From positions 19,592,001 through 19,656,000 of the forward strand of contig NC_073401.1 of the NCBI RefSeq assembly GCF_028641065.1: a DNA stretch of 64,000 nucleotides, written 5' to 3'. This document shows, one piece after another, positions 39,995-52,962 of this stretch. Source of the stretch: Leucoraja erinacea. Taxonomy: Eukaryota. A program made the position numbers and the translations under genes. Under the pieces are notes generated by a model that worked only from the letters and a program-made list of their open reading frames with translations, searched no databases and was not told where the DNA came from. Within the stretch, counting starts at the first letter, position 1, and every line of letters starts with the position of its first letter.

Positions 39995-40810
39995 GCTATG
40001 TGTGATATATGTAAATGATCTGGACGTAAAAATGGACGGGTTGGTTAGTAAGTTTGCAATTGTCACTAAAATTGGTGGAGTTGCGGACAGTGAGGACGGC
40101 TGCCAGAGTATATAGCAGGATATACATCAGCTCCAGAAGTGGGCAGAAAATTGGCAGATGGAGTTCAATCCGAGTTGAGATGCTGCACTTTGTGAGGACA
40201 AATGTAAGGGGACCATTAACAGTTAACGGCAAGATCATTAACAACATTGATGTACAGAGGGATATTGGGTTTAAAGTCCATAGCTCACTAGAGACAGCAA
40301 CACAAGTAGGTAGAGTGGTAAAGGAAGCATATGGTAGGTCTGACTTCTTTGGTCATGGCATGAGTACAAGAGCCAATATGTTGTACCATTACAAAACTTT
40401 GGTTAGGCTGCATTTGGGATGTTGTGTACAGTCAGGTCCTCTCATTACCAGAAGGATGTGGAGGCTTGGGAGAGGATACATCAGAATGCTGTCTGGACAA
40501 GAGGTCATGACTTTTACGGAGGTTGGACATCAGTGGTTGAGGGGAGACTTGACAGAAATATATAACATGACGCTAGACATGGAGACATTATCAGTACCTT
40601 GTTTCTCAGGGTTGACACTTCAAAGAGCTTTAAAGTGATAGGGGCAACTTTTTGTATACAGAGAGTTGTGGGTGCCTGAAACCCGCTGTCACGGGTGGTG
40701 GTGGGGGCAAACAGGACAGCGGCATTTTAGAGGCTTTGAGGGAGACACATGGATATGCAGTGGATGGATCATATGCAGGCAGTTTAACTTGGCATCATGT
40801 TCGGCACAGA
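39995..40810 (+). mobile_element. degraded CR1 ORF2 RT/C-terminus
   Basis: VIYVNDLD...VSKFA..TKIGG...YKTLVRLHLGCCVQ. Confidence 0.78.
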
Positions 40811-40866
40811 CACTGTTCTAGTTCTAGTGACCTTCCGCCGGTTTCCCCCTCCATCCACTCACTCAC

Positions 40867-40897
40867 TGGTCAAGATGTCGGGCTCACTGGGCTTCAT
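40867..40897 (-). CDS. GUCD1: GUCD1 exon 1 (start)
   Basis: ATG in GCCGTCACAATGA context, MKPSEPDILT+A, gtgagt donor. Phase matches exon 2. Total CDS 708 nt. Confidence 0.8.
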
Positions 40898-41910
<1,013 letters not shown>

Positions 41911-42133
41911 ATGTCTGAATGCAATCAATTCCTGTGGTGAAATGTTTTCCCATTGCCACTGTACATGCTACGATAAGGGTTCCACAAACTGGCACAATAA
42001 CATCAGATGGTCCAACACAATCGGGCGGCACTGTACTGCAGCAGTAGAGCTGTAGTCTTACAGTACACACAGGGTGGGGGGGGGGGGGGGGGGGGGGGGG
42101 TGCACATTCTGGCTGGCTTGTTTGCCTTTCTGA

Positions 42134-42439
<306 letters not shown>

Positions 42440-43214
42440 TGATTTTCCTGGCTACTGTCCCTGATATTCCTCCAGCAGCTTCAATTCAAACCTGAAAAGT
42501 CATTGACTTGTTTCCTACCTGTCCCTCTCTCCACAGATGCTGCCTTACCTGCTGCGTGCTTCCAGCATTCTGTTTTATTTCATATTTTCAGCATCTGCAT
42601 AAACCTATGTGACGGTTTGGGTTGTGAGGACGAATAGAGATGGAATGTAACAGGAAAACTAACGCATTTGGTAGAAAAGGCAGGGTATTTTGAAAGATTG
42701 AAAGGTTATTAGTGTTCAGTGGAAACTGAGCATTCTTGTACATGGATCGTTGATAATTAAAATAGGGGATAGCAAGCATTTGGCCTTGAGAACGTGGGAC
42801 TTTTCAAGAAAGGAATTGAGGACAAAAATGGAAGTGCCTTTTGGGGTCCCGGTAAGATTCTGCTTGGATTATTGAGCCCTAGCCTCCTGCCTAAGAAAGG
42901 ATGCATTTCCAAAGGTAGGTGTGCACTGAAGGTCCACCAGAATGATTCATGGGGAGCATTGGTTAATGCGGAGAGATTAGGCAGAGGGGCCTGACAAGTT
43001 CAGATGAAGGGAGGTGATCTGATTGGAACTTACAAAATTCTTACAGGGCATGACAAGGTGGATGCAGGATGAGGATGCCCCTGGCTAGGGTGTCTCAAAG
43101 TAAGGCAATTCAGGGCATAGATGAGAAATTTCATCTGAGGATGGTACATCTCTGAAATTCCTTTACCTCGGAGGGCTATAGAGGCTCATTCAATGAGGAT
43201 TCAAATGGGAAATG

Positions 43215-43789
43215 TGGGTAGTTCTGCTATAATGCGTGCTTCCACATCACAAATGGAATATAATGCAATTGATGAATTAGGGAACACTATTTCTATCATG
43301 CCAGTTGAATTGGCTAGGACGAATTTTCAATCAAGAGCCGGAGAACCACTTAAAAGTTACTTTAGAAATTGGCGAGCAGAAAAAAAGCTGACTTGGGAAA
43401 AAAATGTTGAAAAATATAACTGTAACCTTCCAGCAGTAACCAGACACTGTTGTTTCCTAACATAGTTGCAACTGTCACCATGGGAGGCCATTGATGCTGA
43501 CAAGCAATCGCCTCTATTGACACTTGTGCAATGATACCCTATTAAAAATGTTACATACAGTTATGTTACATACATACTTTTACTTAAAGTAACAAAAGTA
43601 AACAAACATATTGAAATTGCCCTTTAAAAAAAAAATCCAGCTGGGAAAAAAAACATTGTTATTGCGAGTTTAAAATGCTTGTGCTCCGAACCCCCTTTCC
43701 CCAAGTAAGGCAATTATTTTTGTAACATGATTTTCTACAATATGGGGTTTCTTGGGGGCACAACTATTGTGTTAGAGCAGAACTTCCTG
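43215..43789. mobile_element. old Tc1/Tigger-like MITE in SNRPD3 intron 2
   Basis: Degenerate TIRs ggtagttctgctataatgcg / tgtgttagagcagaacttcctg around an AT-rich interior. Confidence 0.5.
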
Positions 43790-44023
43790 TTGATGCTAAG
43801 AAAGCTGCAGGATGTGACAGGACTGTTGGACAGGCTGCCTTGAGGGAGATCAGCCTGCTCCTATCTCTGGGGTTTTTGTGAAGGCTTCTGATTGCCACTC
43901 CAGGTCTTGGTTGGCTTGTTGTCAGCAGGGCAGTTGCTGTGTGAATACTTGTTGACCCTCTGCATGAAGCCAGCGGAAATTGAAGGTTTGACTCCTTGTC
44001 TGATTGTTTCTCTCTCTCTTCAG

Positions 44024-44085
44024 TGGCTGCGCGAGGGAGAGGCCGTGGTATGGGACGAGGGAACATCTTCCAGAAGAGGAGGTGA
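44024..44085 (+). CDS. SNRPD3: Sm D3 terminal exon (RG-repeat tail)
   Basis: (V)AARGRGRGMGRGNIFQKRR then TGA. Total 126 aa. Confidence 0.97.
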
Positions 44086-44183
44086 GGTCCTCCTCCCGCC
44101 TCACCGAAGGATTTCCAGGAGCTTTATGTATTTGTTGTTTTATAATTCTGTATACGGAGTCCATTGTGTTGTGGCTGGTTGAC

Positions 44184-44189
44184 AATAAA
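44184..44189 (+). terminator. SNRPD3 poly(A) signal AATAAA
   Basis: Canonical hexamer ~100 nt after the stop, with GT-rich sequence downstream. Confidence 0.75.
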
Positions 44190-44649
44190 CATTTTCCATA
44201 AAATGTGTTTGGTCCTGTGTAGACAGTGATCTTTTATCCTAGGATTGCCTCCCTCAGTGATTGGGCTGAGTTGCCTCTTCCTTCTGATTTGGCCCACTTT
44301 TTCTTCACAACTCTTCCTTCATCACAAAAAAAACTTGAGGGCATAGATTTAGGGTAAGGAGGAAGTGATTAAGAGGGGATCTGAGGGGCACTTTGTTCAC
44401 CCAGAGTGGTGTGTGCCAAGAATGCGCTGCAATAGAGCATGGTTAAAGCTGGGTCGCTGACAGCAATTGGGACGTGTCTAGATGAGATGACCCTTCTTCC
44501 CAACGTCCTACTGACCAAAGTACGGTCATGGTCAAAGAAGTATGTGAAGATGTCCAAGAGCCGACACCTTGCCTTCAAAGAGACTGGATGTACGTGGGAA
44601 ATTATCTCCATATTGAACAGAAATTGTTTAGAAAAACGACTCATAAAGC

Positions 44650-45150
44650 TATAAAACATGGAAATAGGCCCTTCGGTCCAACTGCATGCTGACCAAGATG
44701 CCCCATCTTCACTAGTCCCATCAGCCCACATTTGGCTCATATTCCTTAAAACTTTACCTGTCCAAATGTCTTTTAAATGTTGTTAAACTACCTGGCTCAA
44801 CTACGTCACCCGACTGCCTGTTCCATAATACACCCTGGTGTTGAAAGGTTGCCCCTCACTAAATCTTTCCCCACTCACCTTAAACCTGTGTCCTCTGATT
44901 CTTGATTTCCCTACTCTGGATAAAAGACTACATTAATTCTATTTATTCTCCTCTTGATTTTATACACCTCTATAAGATTACCCGCTCATCCTCCTGCACT
45001 CCAAGGAATAAAGTCCTAGCATGCCCAATCTCCCAATAACCTGGGCCTTCAGATCCTGGTAACATCTTTGTAAATCTTCTCTGCACTCTTTCCTGCTTAA
45101 CGACATCCTTCCTATGTAATTGTGTCTAAAACTGAACAAAATACACCAGA
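44650..45150 (-). mobile_element. CR1 LINE 3' fragment
   Basis: Reverse-complement CR1 3' UTR and ORF2 C-terminus. Confidence 0.65.
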
Positions 45151-45265
45151 CTATTTTGGGGGGAGGGGATTCAAAGGATGGATACTAAAACCATTACAGA
45201 AACATACAGGACAGCTCGCCCATGGTGACTATAATGCCTATCTTCAGTAATCCCATTTTCCTGCA

Positions 45266-46239
45266 ATAGGGAGGTTGCACGGCAGTTGGGTCAGGACCCG
45301 TGACCCGTACTGTTGCCACACAACGCCAACTGGAGTACATGCGATGAACTGCAGGTAAGCACTTACCATTGTTTCCAGCGTAGCGGGCCTGTTAAAAAAC
45401 GCTGAAATGGTAAATTTTTGCGCTGTAAATAATTATGGAAATCGGGGTAAGCATGAGGGACATTTATCCTACTTCTGAATTCCAAAAGTGATAAATCTGG
45501 CTGTAAAATTTAAAATTCGCCCACCCATGGTTCTCAAGTGGGTTTTTACATGCAAAAAGAAAATGCTTCTGAAGCAAAATTTATCATTAAAAAAAAAATC
45601 GCAAACCATACGTGGGTTTTGAATTACATTTTACTCAGATGCAAGCCAAGGAATATCTTTGAAAGGGAGTGGGTGTTTAAGCTGTCAGGACATTTTATCA
45701 TTTGCCAAAATATACATCTCAATACATAATGATAGAAAACTTACTTTTCCACACACCACTGGAGATGTTTTAATGATAAATTTAACTTCAGAAGCGATAA
45801 AATTTACAGCCAGATTTATCACTTCTGAAACTTTTTAGATACCAAAGGAATCAAGAAAAAACACAAATAATGCCCTACTGTTGATGAAATGCAGTGAGCA
45901 AATGCGATAATTGCCAATATTTTCAATCTTGATATCTGCACGGTCAATGTTCGCCAACCACTTTAATTTTTGTTGCCCCTTCAGCTCTCGTTTCTCTACT
46001 GTAATTTCTCCTCACTTTTGGAATTCTGCAGTAGGGTAAATGTCTCTCACGCTTATCCCGACTTCCACAATTATTTACAGCGCAAAAAAATGACCATTTC
46101 GACGTTTTTTAACGGTTAAGAAAGTACGCGTTTCGTGTATTAACAGTATATGCCGGAAGCGGCCATGTACACCACATGGATTGAGCTGCTCCGTGTGTCA
46201 AGCTCTTTGACCTGATGACCTTACGTGCAACCTCCCTAT
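45266..46239. mobile_element. non-autonomous DNA transposon with 16-bp TIR ATAGGGAGGTTGCACG and internal inverted repeats
   Basis: Perfect terminal inverted match. Internal inverted pair ~45390-45495 / 46012-46115. Confidence 0.75.
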
Positions 46240-46250
46240 AGGCTTGTGTC

Positions 46251-46275
46251 CAAAGGTACTATAGGAGCATCTTTG
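46251..46275. mobile_element. 25-bp transposon remnant with 8-bp TSD (P-element-like footprint)
   Basis: CTTGTGTC | CAAAGGTACTATAGGAG CATCTTTG | CTTGTGTC. Confidence 0.7.
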
Positions 46276-46479
46276 CTTGTGTCTCTCTATACCTTTACTA
46301 TCCAGGCATATGCCCAAATGCCATTTAAACTTATTTTAACTGCACCATCAACACCTCTCGATGCCCAGCTCTCTCTCAGTGAAGAACTTGCTCCTTCAGG
46401 TCTTGCTCCTGTTTTCAACTTATTCACACTCTGGGACAGGAGCTAGTGTCATCTGATGGAAAATCAGTAGCTGGTGCAC

Positions 46480-47040
46480 ATCTGATCCACGGGGCGGAGA
46501 GAGCGCCACCAGCCGGCGGGAGGTGCAGGCACCGACTGTAGGAGGTGAGGACCAAAGATCATAGTGCACCGCCCGCCGGCAGGGGGTCTGATCCCCGGGT
46601 GGAGGGGCGGAGACAGCGCCGCCCGCCGGCAGGAGGTCTGATCCCAGGGGCTGAGAGTGCGCCGCCCACTGGCAGGAGGACCGCGCCGCCACTCCTCCGC
46701 TCTCCGCCCCCGCCTGAGCCCGGCAGGCCGCGCGCCGCTCGTGTGGCCGCAACATGGATGTGAACGTGACGGACAGCGAATGGCGGACCATTGCTTTCCG
46801 GCAGAAGGTGGTGGCGCAGATGTGAGTGCGGGGACGCGGCGCGGTGCGCATCGTGCTCCCGGCCGGGCACTGACGGCGGAGAGAGGGGGGTGCGAGGCCT
46901 ACCCGGCCTGCAAGCCGCGGGCTTTCCTGGCGACTGGTAGCCGTCAGCGTGATGGGTTGAGGCCGAGGGGGGAAATCCACGCTGACGGGCGGGCGAAAGT
47001 CCCGAGATAAAACGGCGGGAGCTACAGATCCCCGTTCCCA
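46480..47040 (+). promoter_or_regulatory. MED15 CpG-island promoter
   Basis: CpG-dense, several GC boxes (GGGGCGGAG, CCGCCCC), surrounds the start codon. Confidence 0.8.
46754..46821 (+). CDS. MED15: Mediator subunit 15 exon 1 (start of KIX domain)
   Basis: MDVNVTDSEWRTIAFRQKVVAQ(I); 68 nt; gtgagt donor. Confidence 0.93.
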
Positions 47041-47773
47041 TCACAACCCCCCCCCCCCAGTCCCATTCACACCCGTCCCCGTCCCCTTCACCCCCCGTCC
47101 CCTTCACACACCCGCCCCCGTCCCCTTCATCCCCGCCCCCTTCAACCCCCCCCCACCCCCCCCACCTCCTCCGTCCCCCTCCCTCACCCGCCGGCCCCTT
47201 CACACCCCCCAGTCCCTTCACTCACCCCCGTCCTCCTCACTCACCCCCCCCCCCCGCACCCCTCACTCAATCCCCGGGCCCCTTCACTCAACCCCCCCCC
47301 CCCCCGTCCCCTTCACTCACCCCCGTCCCCCCACTCACTCCCGTCCCCCCACTCACTCCCGTCCCCCCCACTCACTCCCCCCGTACCCCTCACTCAACCC
47401 CCCCCAGCCCCTCACCCACTACCCCGTACGCTCACTCACCCCCCCTTCCCACTCTTCCCCTTCCCTCACCCCCCCCCCCCTCTTCCCCCCCCCCCCTCCA
47501 CTTGACTTACCTCCCCCGTCCCCCTCACATCATCCCCCGCCCCCCCCCTCACACCCCCGCACCCCTCACTCAACCCCCTCGGCCACCACCGTCCCCCCCC
47601 TTCATCACCCCCCACCCGTCCCCTTCACCTCCCCGCACCATCCTCCTGTCCCTTCACGTCCCCGTCTTCTTCGCGTCCCCGTCCTGTCCCCTTCATCCCC
47701 CCCCCCCGTCCCCTTCACCCCCCGTCCCTTCACAACCCCCGTTCCTTCAGTCCCCCTCCCCCTTCACCCCACC

Positions 47774-47811
<38 letters not shown>

Positions 47812-47832
47812 TTCACCCCCCCCCCCCCCCCC
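47040..47832. repeat. C-rich degenerate minisatellite (cccccgtccccttcactca-like) in MED15 intron 1
   Basis: Read directly; long poly-C runs. Confidence 0.85.
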
Positions 47833-48889
47833 ATTCACTATCTACCAATCTTCATCCACCCTACTCCTTATACCCTCAAAGAACTTGAGCATATTTTTCC
47901 AAACAATTTTTTATTTGAAAGGAACCTGGGCATCCTTATTCATAAGTTGCTGATAGCTAATATTCGACTGGCTATTGAGAAGGTACTTAGTGTATTGGTA
48001 TTTTATGCATTAGGATTTGTATTTAGGCATAAAGAGCAAAATTGTACAATGTTCCAGTTGGATTACTCTCTGTTGCCAAACCAAGTTTGACACTTTTATA
48101 TAAGTTGGTAAGAGTCGTTGGAGACATGCTGGATTTCCTCAGTCTGCTGAGGAAGTAGAAGCATTAATGTGCGTTTTTAGATATAGCTTCATTGTGGTTG
48201 GTCCAGGACAAATTGTTGGTCTTGGAATTTGAATCTCTCCACCATCTCCACTCTGGCACCATTGATGCTGATAGGGGTGTGTACACCATCTAGTTTTCTG
48301 AAGTTGATGACCAGCTCCTTCATCTTGCGGACACTGAGGAGGAGGTTGTTGTCTTGACACTGTCGCAATTAATTGGAAGATACAGCATAGAAACAGGCCT
48401 TTCGGCCCACAGAGTCCACATCGATCATTGATCACCATTCACACTAGTTCTATATTATTCCACCTTTGACACTGATGCAGTAGCTCTACCAGCTGGGTCA
48501 CTATGCTGCCTAGCTGCACAAAGCTTTATATCAGCCTCCAGCACTCCATCTCATCATTGTTCAAGGTCTGTCCCACGATAGTTGTACCTCATCCAAACCT
48601 GCAAATGGAGTTAGAGCAGAATTTGGCCGCACAGTCATGAGTGTGTAATGAGTTTCATAAAGCGCTAAGAACACATTTTTGTGGAGCCCCTGTTGTGATT
48701 TGCATGGAGGATGGTTTGTTGCCTATTTTTACTTACTGTGGTCTAAGGGTTAGAAGTCAAGGATTCATTCGGGATGAGGGGGGGGGGGGGGGGGGGGGGG
48801 GGGCGGCGATGCTGACTCCTAGGTCCAGGAATTTGAAGATGTGTTTGGTTGAGATTGTGGTGTTAAAGGCAGAACTAGAGTCATTAAAT

Positions 48890-50110
48890 AGGGTTGGGAC
48901 AAAGCCTGGCAAGTGATAGCGGATATAGATGAGATTGGATTGCCAGAAAGTTGGACAAAGGACAGAAATGAAAACACAAAAACCTATAAGATGATAGAAG
49001 AGGCATAAAATGTGAAGGAATATTGGTGAAAGGGGTGGGGGAATGAAAAAGGGAGAAATGGTGTGCATCTGGGTGGGACATAGGAAGGAGATTTGGGAGG
49101 GTGTGGGGGGGGGGGGTGAATTGGGATGTTTGTAGGATAGGTGCCTAAAATTGGTGAATTCAATGTTCATACTGTTGGGTAGTAGGCTACCCAAGTGTAA
49201 TATGAGGTGCTGTCCGTTTAGTTTGCATGTGATCTCACTCTGGCAATGGAGGAGGCCCAATACAGAAATATCACTATGGGAATGGAAAGTGGTGTTAAAG
49301 TGGTTAACAACCAGGAGATCCAGCAGGCTGTGGTGGACCGAGCACACATTCAGTGAAATCGTCACCTTGTCTATGCTTGGTCTTGCTGATGTAAAGGAGG
49401 CCTCTTTGGGAGCACAAAATGCAGTAGATGAGGTTAGGTCTGAGATGGATGTGATGGAGGAGGTATAGAGACAGGTGTTACATCTCCTGCGGTTGCAGAG
49501 AAAGTACTTGGGTGGGGGGGGGGGGGGGGGGGGGGGGTGGTTTGGGTCGGAAGCGATGAATGAACAAATGAGTCGTGGAGGGAGCAGTCTGTGGAAAGGG
49601 TTGGGGATGGGAGGATGTGACTAATGGTGGGATGATGGCAATATCAGAAACTGATGTATTGGATGCAGAGGATGGTGGGATGAAAGGTAAGGACCAGGAC
49701 AACTCTATCCTTGTTCTGTTGAGAAGAAGTGAGAGCTGACCCACTGATACAAAGGCAAAGAAGATGAGGGGTCCATCTATGACAGCAGGTGGGAAACCAC
49801 ATTTACTAAAGAGGACATATTGGAAGTCCTAGAGTGGAAAACATCTTGGGAACAGATGCAACGGTGAAATTGAAAGCAGAGGATGGCGTTTTTGCAAGAG
49901 GTGGAGGTGTAGTGCGGTGGGAGACAATGGGTTATAGCAGATATCAGTCGATAGGTTGTCCCCTGTGATGGAGACAGAGAGATCAAAAAAAGGGAGAGAG
50001 TTGTCCAAGATATCCAATTTGAGGGCAGGGTGGAAGATAGTGGTAAAGGTAATGAATCAACTGGTTCTGTACGAGTGCAGCCCTATTGCAGTTATTATAG
50101 CGGAGAAAGA
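48890..50110 (-). mobile_element. degraded Penelope-like element (RT C-terminus + GIY-YIG)
   Basis: SLPFFDLSVSITGDNLSTDI; NHFNTTFHSHSDISVLGLLHCQSE...HLILHLGSLLPNSMNIEF. Confidence 0.75.
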
Positions 50111-51726
50111 GTTGGGGGTGGTGTCAGTGTACCTTTGGAACAAGAACTTTCGACGTAACCGGGTTCTCCTTGTCCATTTCTGTATTCCCTTTATCCGCTC
50201 CAAGCTCACCCCCTCTGAACGCACATCGTTCAAATATTGTTATCAAACCCAACGGCAAGGGAAGTGTCGTCAAGAGTCTGGAGGCTGGCTTCCACCATGC
50301 TGAGGCCAGGTGCCATCTCCTAGACACTTCCTCATACCCCACAGGCAAACACCAGCCCACTCCTAAACTGTTACTGATCTCGTCCCCTCTGATGCGATCT
50401 CTCCTCCACAGCCTCCAGCCTTTTAGTTCCCCAGACCTATACTGCCCATTTCTATTTCCTCCCCAAAATACACAAAACAACTCTCGCCAACTTCTACTGA
50501 TGCACTGTGGAAAAGCATTTTATTGAGATGCATTACGGCATGTTTTGGGAACAGCTCCATCCAAGGCTGCAAGAAATGACAGAGAATTGTGGGCGCAGCC
50601 CAGACCATCACATAAACCCTTCCATTGACTCCGCCTGTACTTCACGCTGCCTCGGCAAGGTCATCAGCATAATCAAGGATGAGTCTCACTCCCTCTTCTC
50701 CCCTCCCATCATGCAAGAGGTACAGAAGTGTGAAAATGCAAACCCTCAGATTCAGAGACAGTTTCATCCCAGCTGTTATCAACCAACTGAACCATCCTAT
50801 CACCAACTAAAGAGCGGTCCTGAGGTTCTATCTACCTCATTGAAGATCGGTGGACTATCTTTAATTGGACTTTACTGGACCATATCTTGCACTAAACATT
50901 ATTCTCTTTACCATGTATCTGTACATTGTGGATGGCTCGTTTGTAATCATGTATAATTTTTCTGCTGACTGGTTGGCACGCAACAAAAAGCTTTTCACTG
51001 TACCTTGGTACATGTGACAATAAACGAAACTAAACATCCAAAAAATGTTGTCTTTAGTAAACGTAGTTTCCCCCTGCTGTCGTAGATGGATCCCTCACCC
51101 ACGTCTCCTCTGTTTCCCGTAGTTTAGCTCTTGGACCCCTTTGCCCTGTATGAAACATGGATAGAGTTACCCGATCCTCGCCTCATCTTTCACCGCATCC
51201 AACACATTATTCTCCGAAATTTCCACCATCTTCAACGTGATCCCCCCAGCATTCTCATCTTCCTGTTACCTACTGCATTCTGCCTGCTGTTTCTCTCGGT
51301 TGCTAATCATCCTTTCCCAGTCCCATGCTGATTTTACTTTCCTGGGACTTCCATTGCCTGAGTGAGACCACACGCAAACTGAAGGAACAACTCTCCATAT
51401 TCTGCTTGTGTAACCTACAACCCAATGGTATGAACATTGAAATCTTCTGTTTTAGACAACTAACTTACAAACCCTCCTCTCTTTCTCCCCCCCCTCTCCC
51501 TCTTCGCTGTGCCCCACCTGCGTGCTATCCAGTCAGCGAAAGGAGTATTCATGATTACAATCAAGCCATCCAGTTTATGTAGACACAGGATAAAGAGTAT
51601 AATGTTTAGTGCAAGGTAAAGTCTGATTAAAGATCGCAACTCCATTAATTTTAAGATTTTTAAATCGCGATAGGTCTGGATGTTGGGGGATGGTAGTTGG
51701 GGGAAAGCAGATTACAGTGTCATTAA

Positions 51727-52612
51727 TAGAGCCAGGATGTTAGGCACTAATAAACTCTGAAATAGGCAGGCAAAAAGGCATAATAAAATTACAAAAAAGG
51801 CACGAAAAGGCATTTATTGACATAAAAAGGGATATATTTCTACCACCAAAATATGGTTAAAAATGATAATATATACTATATTAAATGACCAAAGTTGCCA
51901 TGGTTGCACATAATTACTCGCATTTTTTTCAAATTATCTGGTGTTAAACTATGCCGTCTGTCAGACAGAATATGCTTCAGTTGTGAAAACCTTTCTACCT
52001 CAGCTGAGGTCCCTGGTGCATACCCGAAACAAGCTACATACTCTATATTCGTGTTGATATCTTGTGCATTACAACTACCTTTGAGAACTTTAGCTATGTT
52101 TTGTATTTCTTCAAGATCTTTGTTAGCTAAAATCACACTCTCACATTTTCCGTGTATGTCTTTACCTAATTCGCCAGGAACCTGACGAATATCGTCAGTT
52201 ACTTTGTTGAAAACCTGCAAGTTATTCACTAATGTTTCGCCACGTTCCTCAAGGGAAGTGGTAGCTTGTGGGAAGTTTGCAAAATTGGAAGCGATAAATA
52301 GATTTTGGAGAAGAATGAACTAGCAGGCAGCGGCATGAATGAATGAACGACCGACGGTGGTTCCCCCGGTTTCACCCCGGTAGTGGAAATCTTCTTGTAA
52401 TTTATACTATGTTAATACGTTAATAATAACAACATTAACGTGTTAACATGGAAAACGTAATTGTAATCACGGTACAACCAGAGAAAATAGCACAACCTTT
52501 TAGCAAAAAGGCTGATTTAGCCACTGGATAGTGAAAAAGGCATTATCTTGGTGAAATCATCAAAAATAGGCATGAAAAGGCACATGGCATTTATGGTAAA
52601 ATCCTGGCTCTA
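51727..52612 (-). mobile_element. hAT-superfamily (hAT19-like) internally deleted DNA transposon
   Basis: TIR TAGAGCCAGGAT; imperfect 8-bp TSD gtcattaa/gttattag. ORF 51876-52229 FGYAPGTSAEVERFSQLKHILSDRRHSLTPDNL resembles the hAT C-terminal dimerisation region. Confidence 0.8.
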
Positions 52613-52962
52613 GTTATTAGACAGGAGCTAGAGAGGGTAGATTAGGAGCAGTTGTTATTGGTTAAATCCACAGTTCTGACATGTTGGAGTCGTTTAAGGC
52701 CAGCTGATCAAAGTGCAGGATCAGCATGTACTAGCAAGGAGGATGGATAAGGATGGCAAGGCAAGGAACCACAGATGACCAATGAGGTTGCAAACTTGGT
52801 CAGGAAGAAAAAGGAGGTTCAAGAAGATTGTATCAGATGGGATAATGAGATATATAAAGCGAGTCGGAAAGAACTCAAGCGGGCAATTAGAAGGGACAAA
52901 AGGGGCCATGAAATGTCATTGGTGAGTCAGATTTTAAAAAATCCCAAGGTTTTTGATATGTG

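Noticed and set aside
46552-46565. CAAAGATCATAG as a third footprint
   Set aside because: No matching CTTTG end and no TSD.
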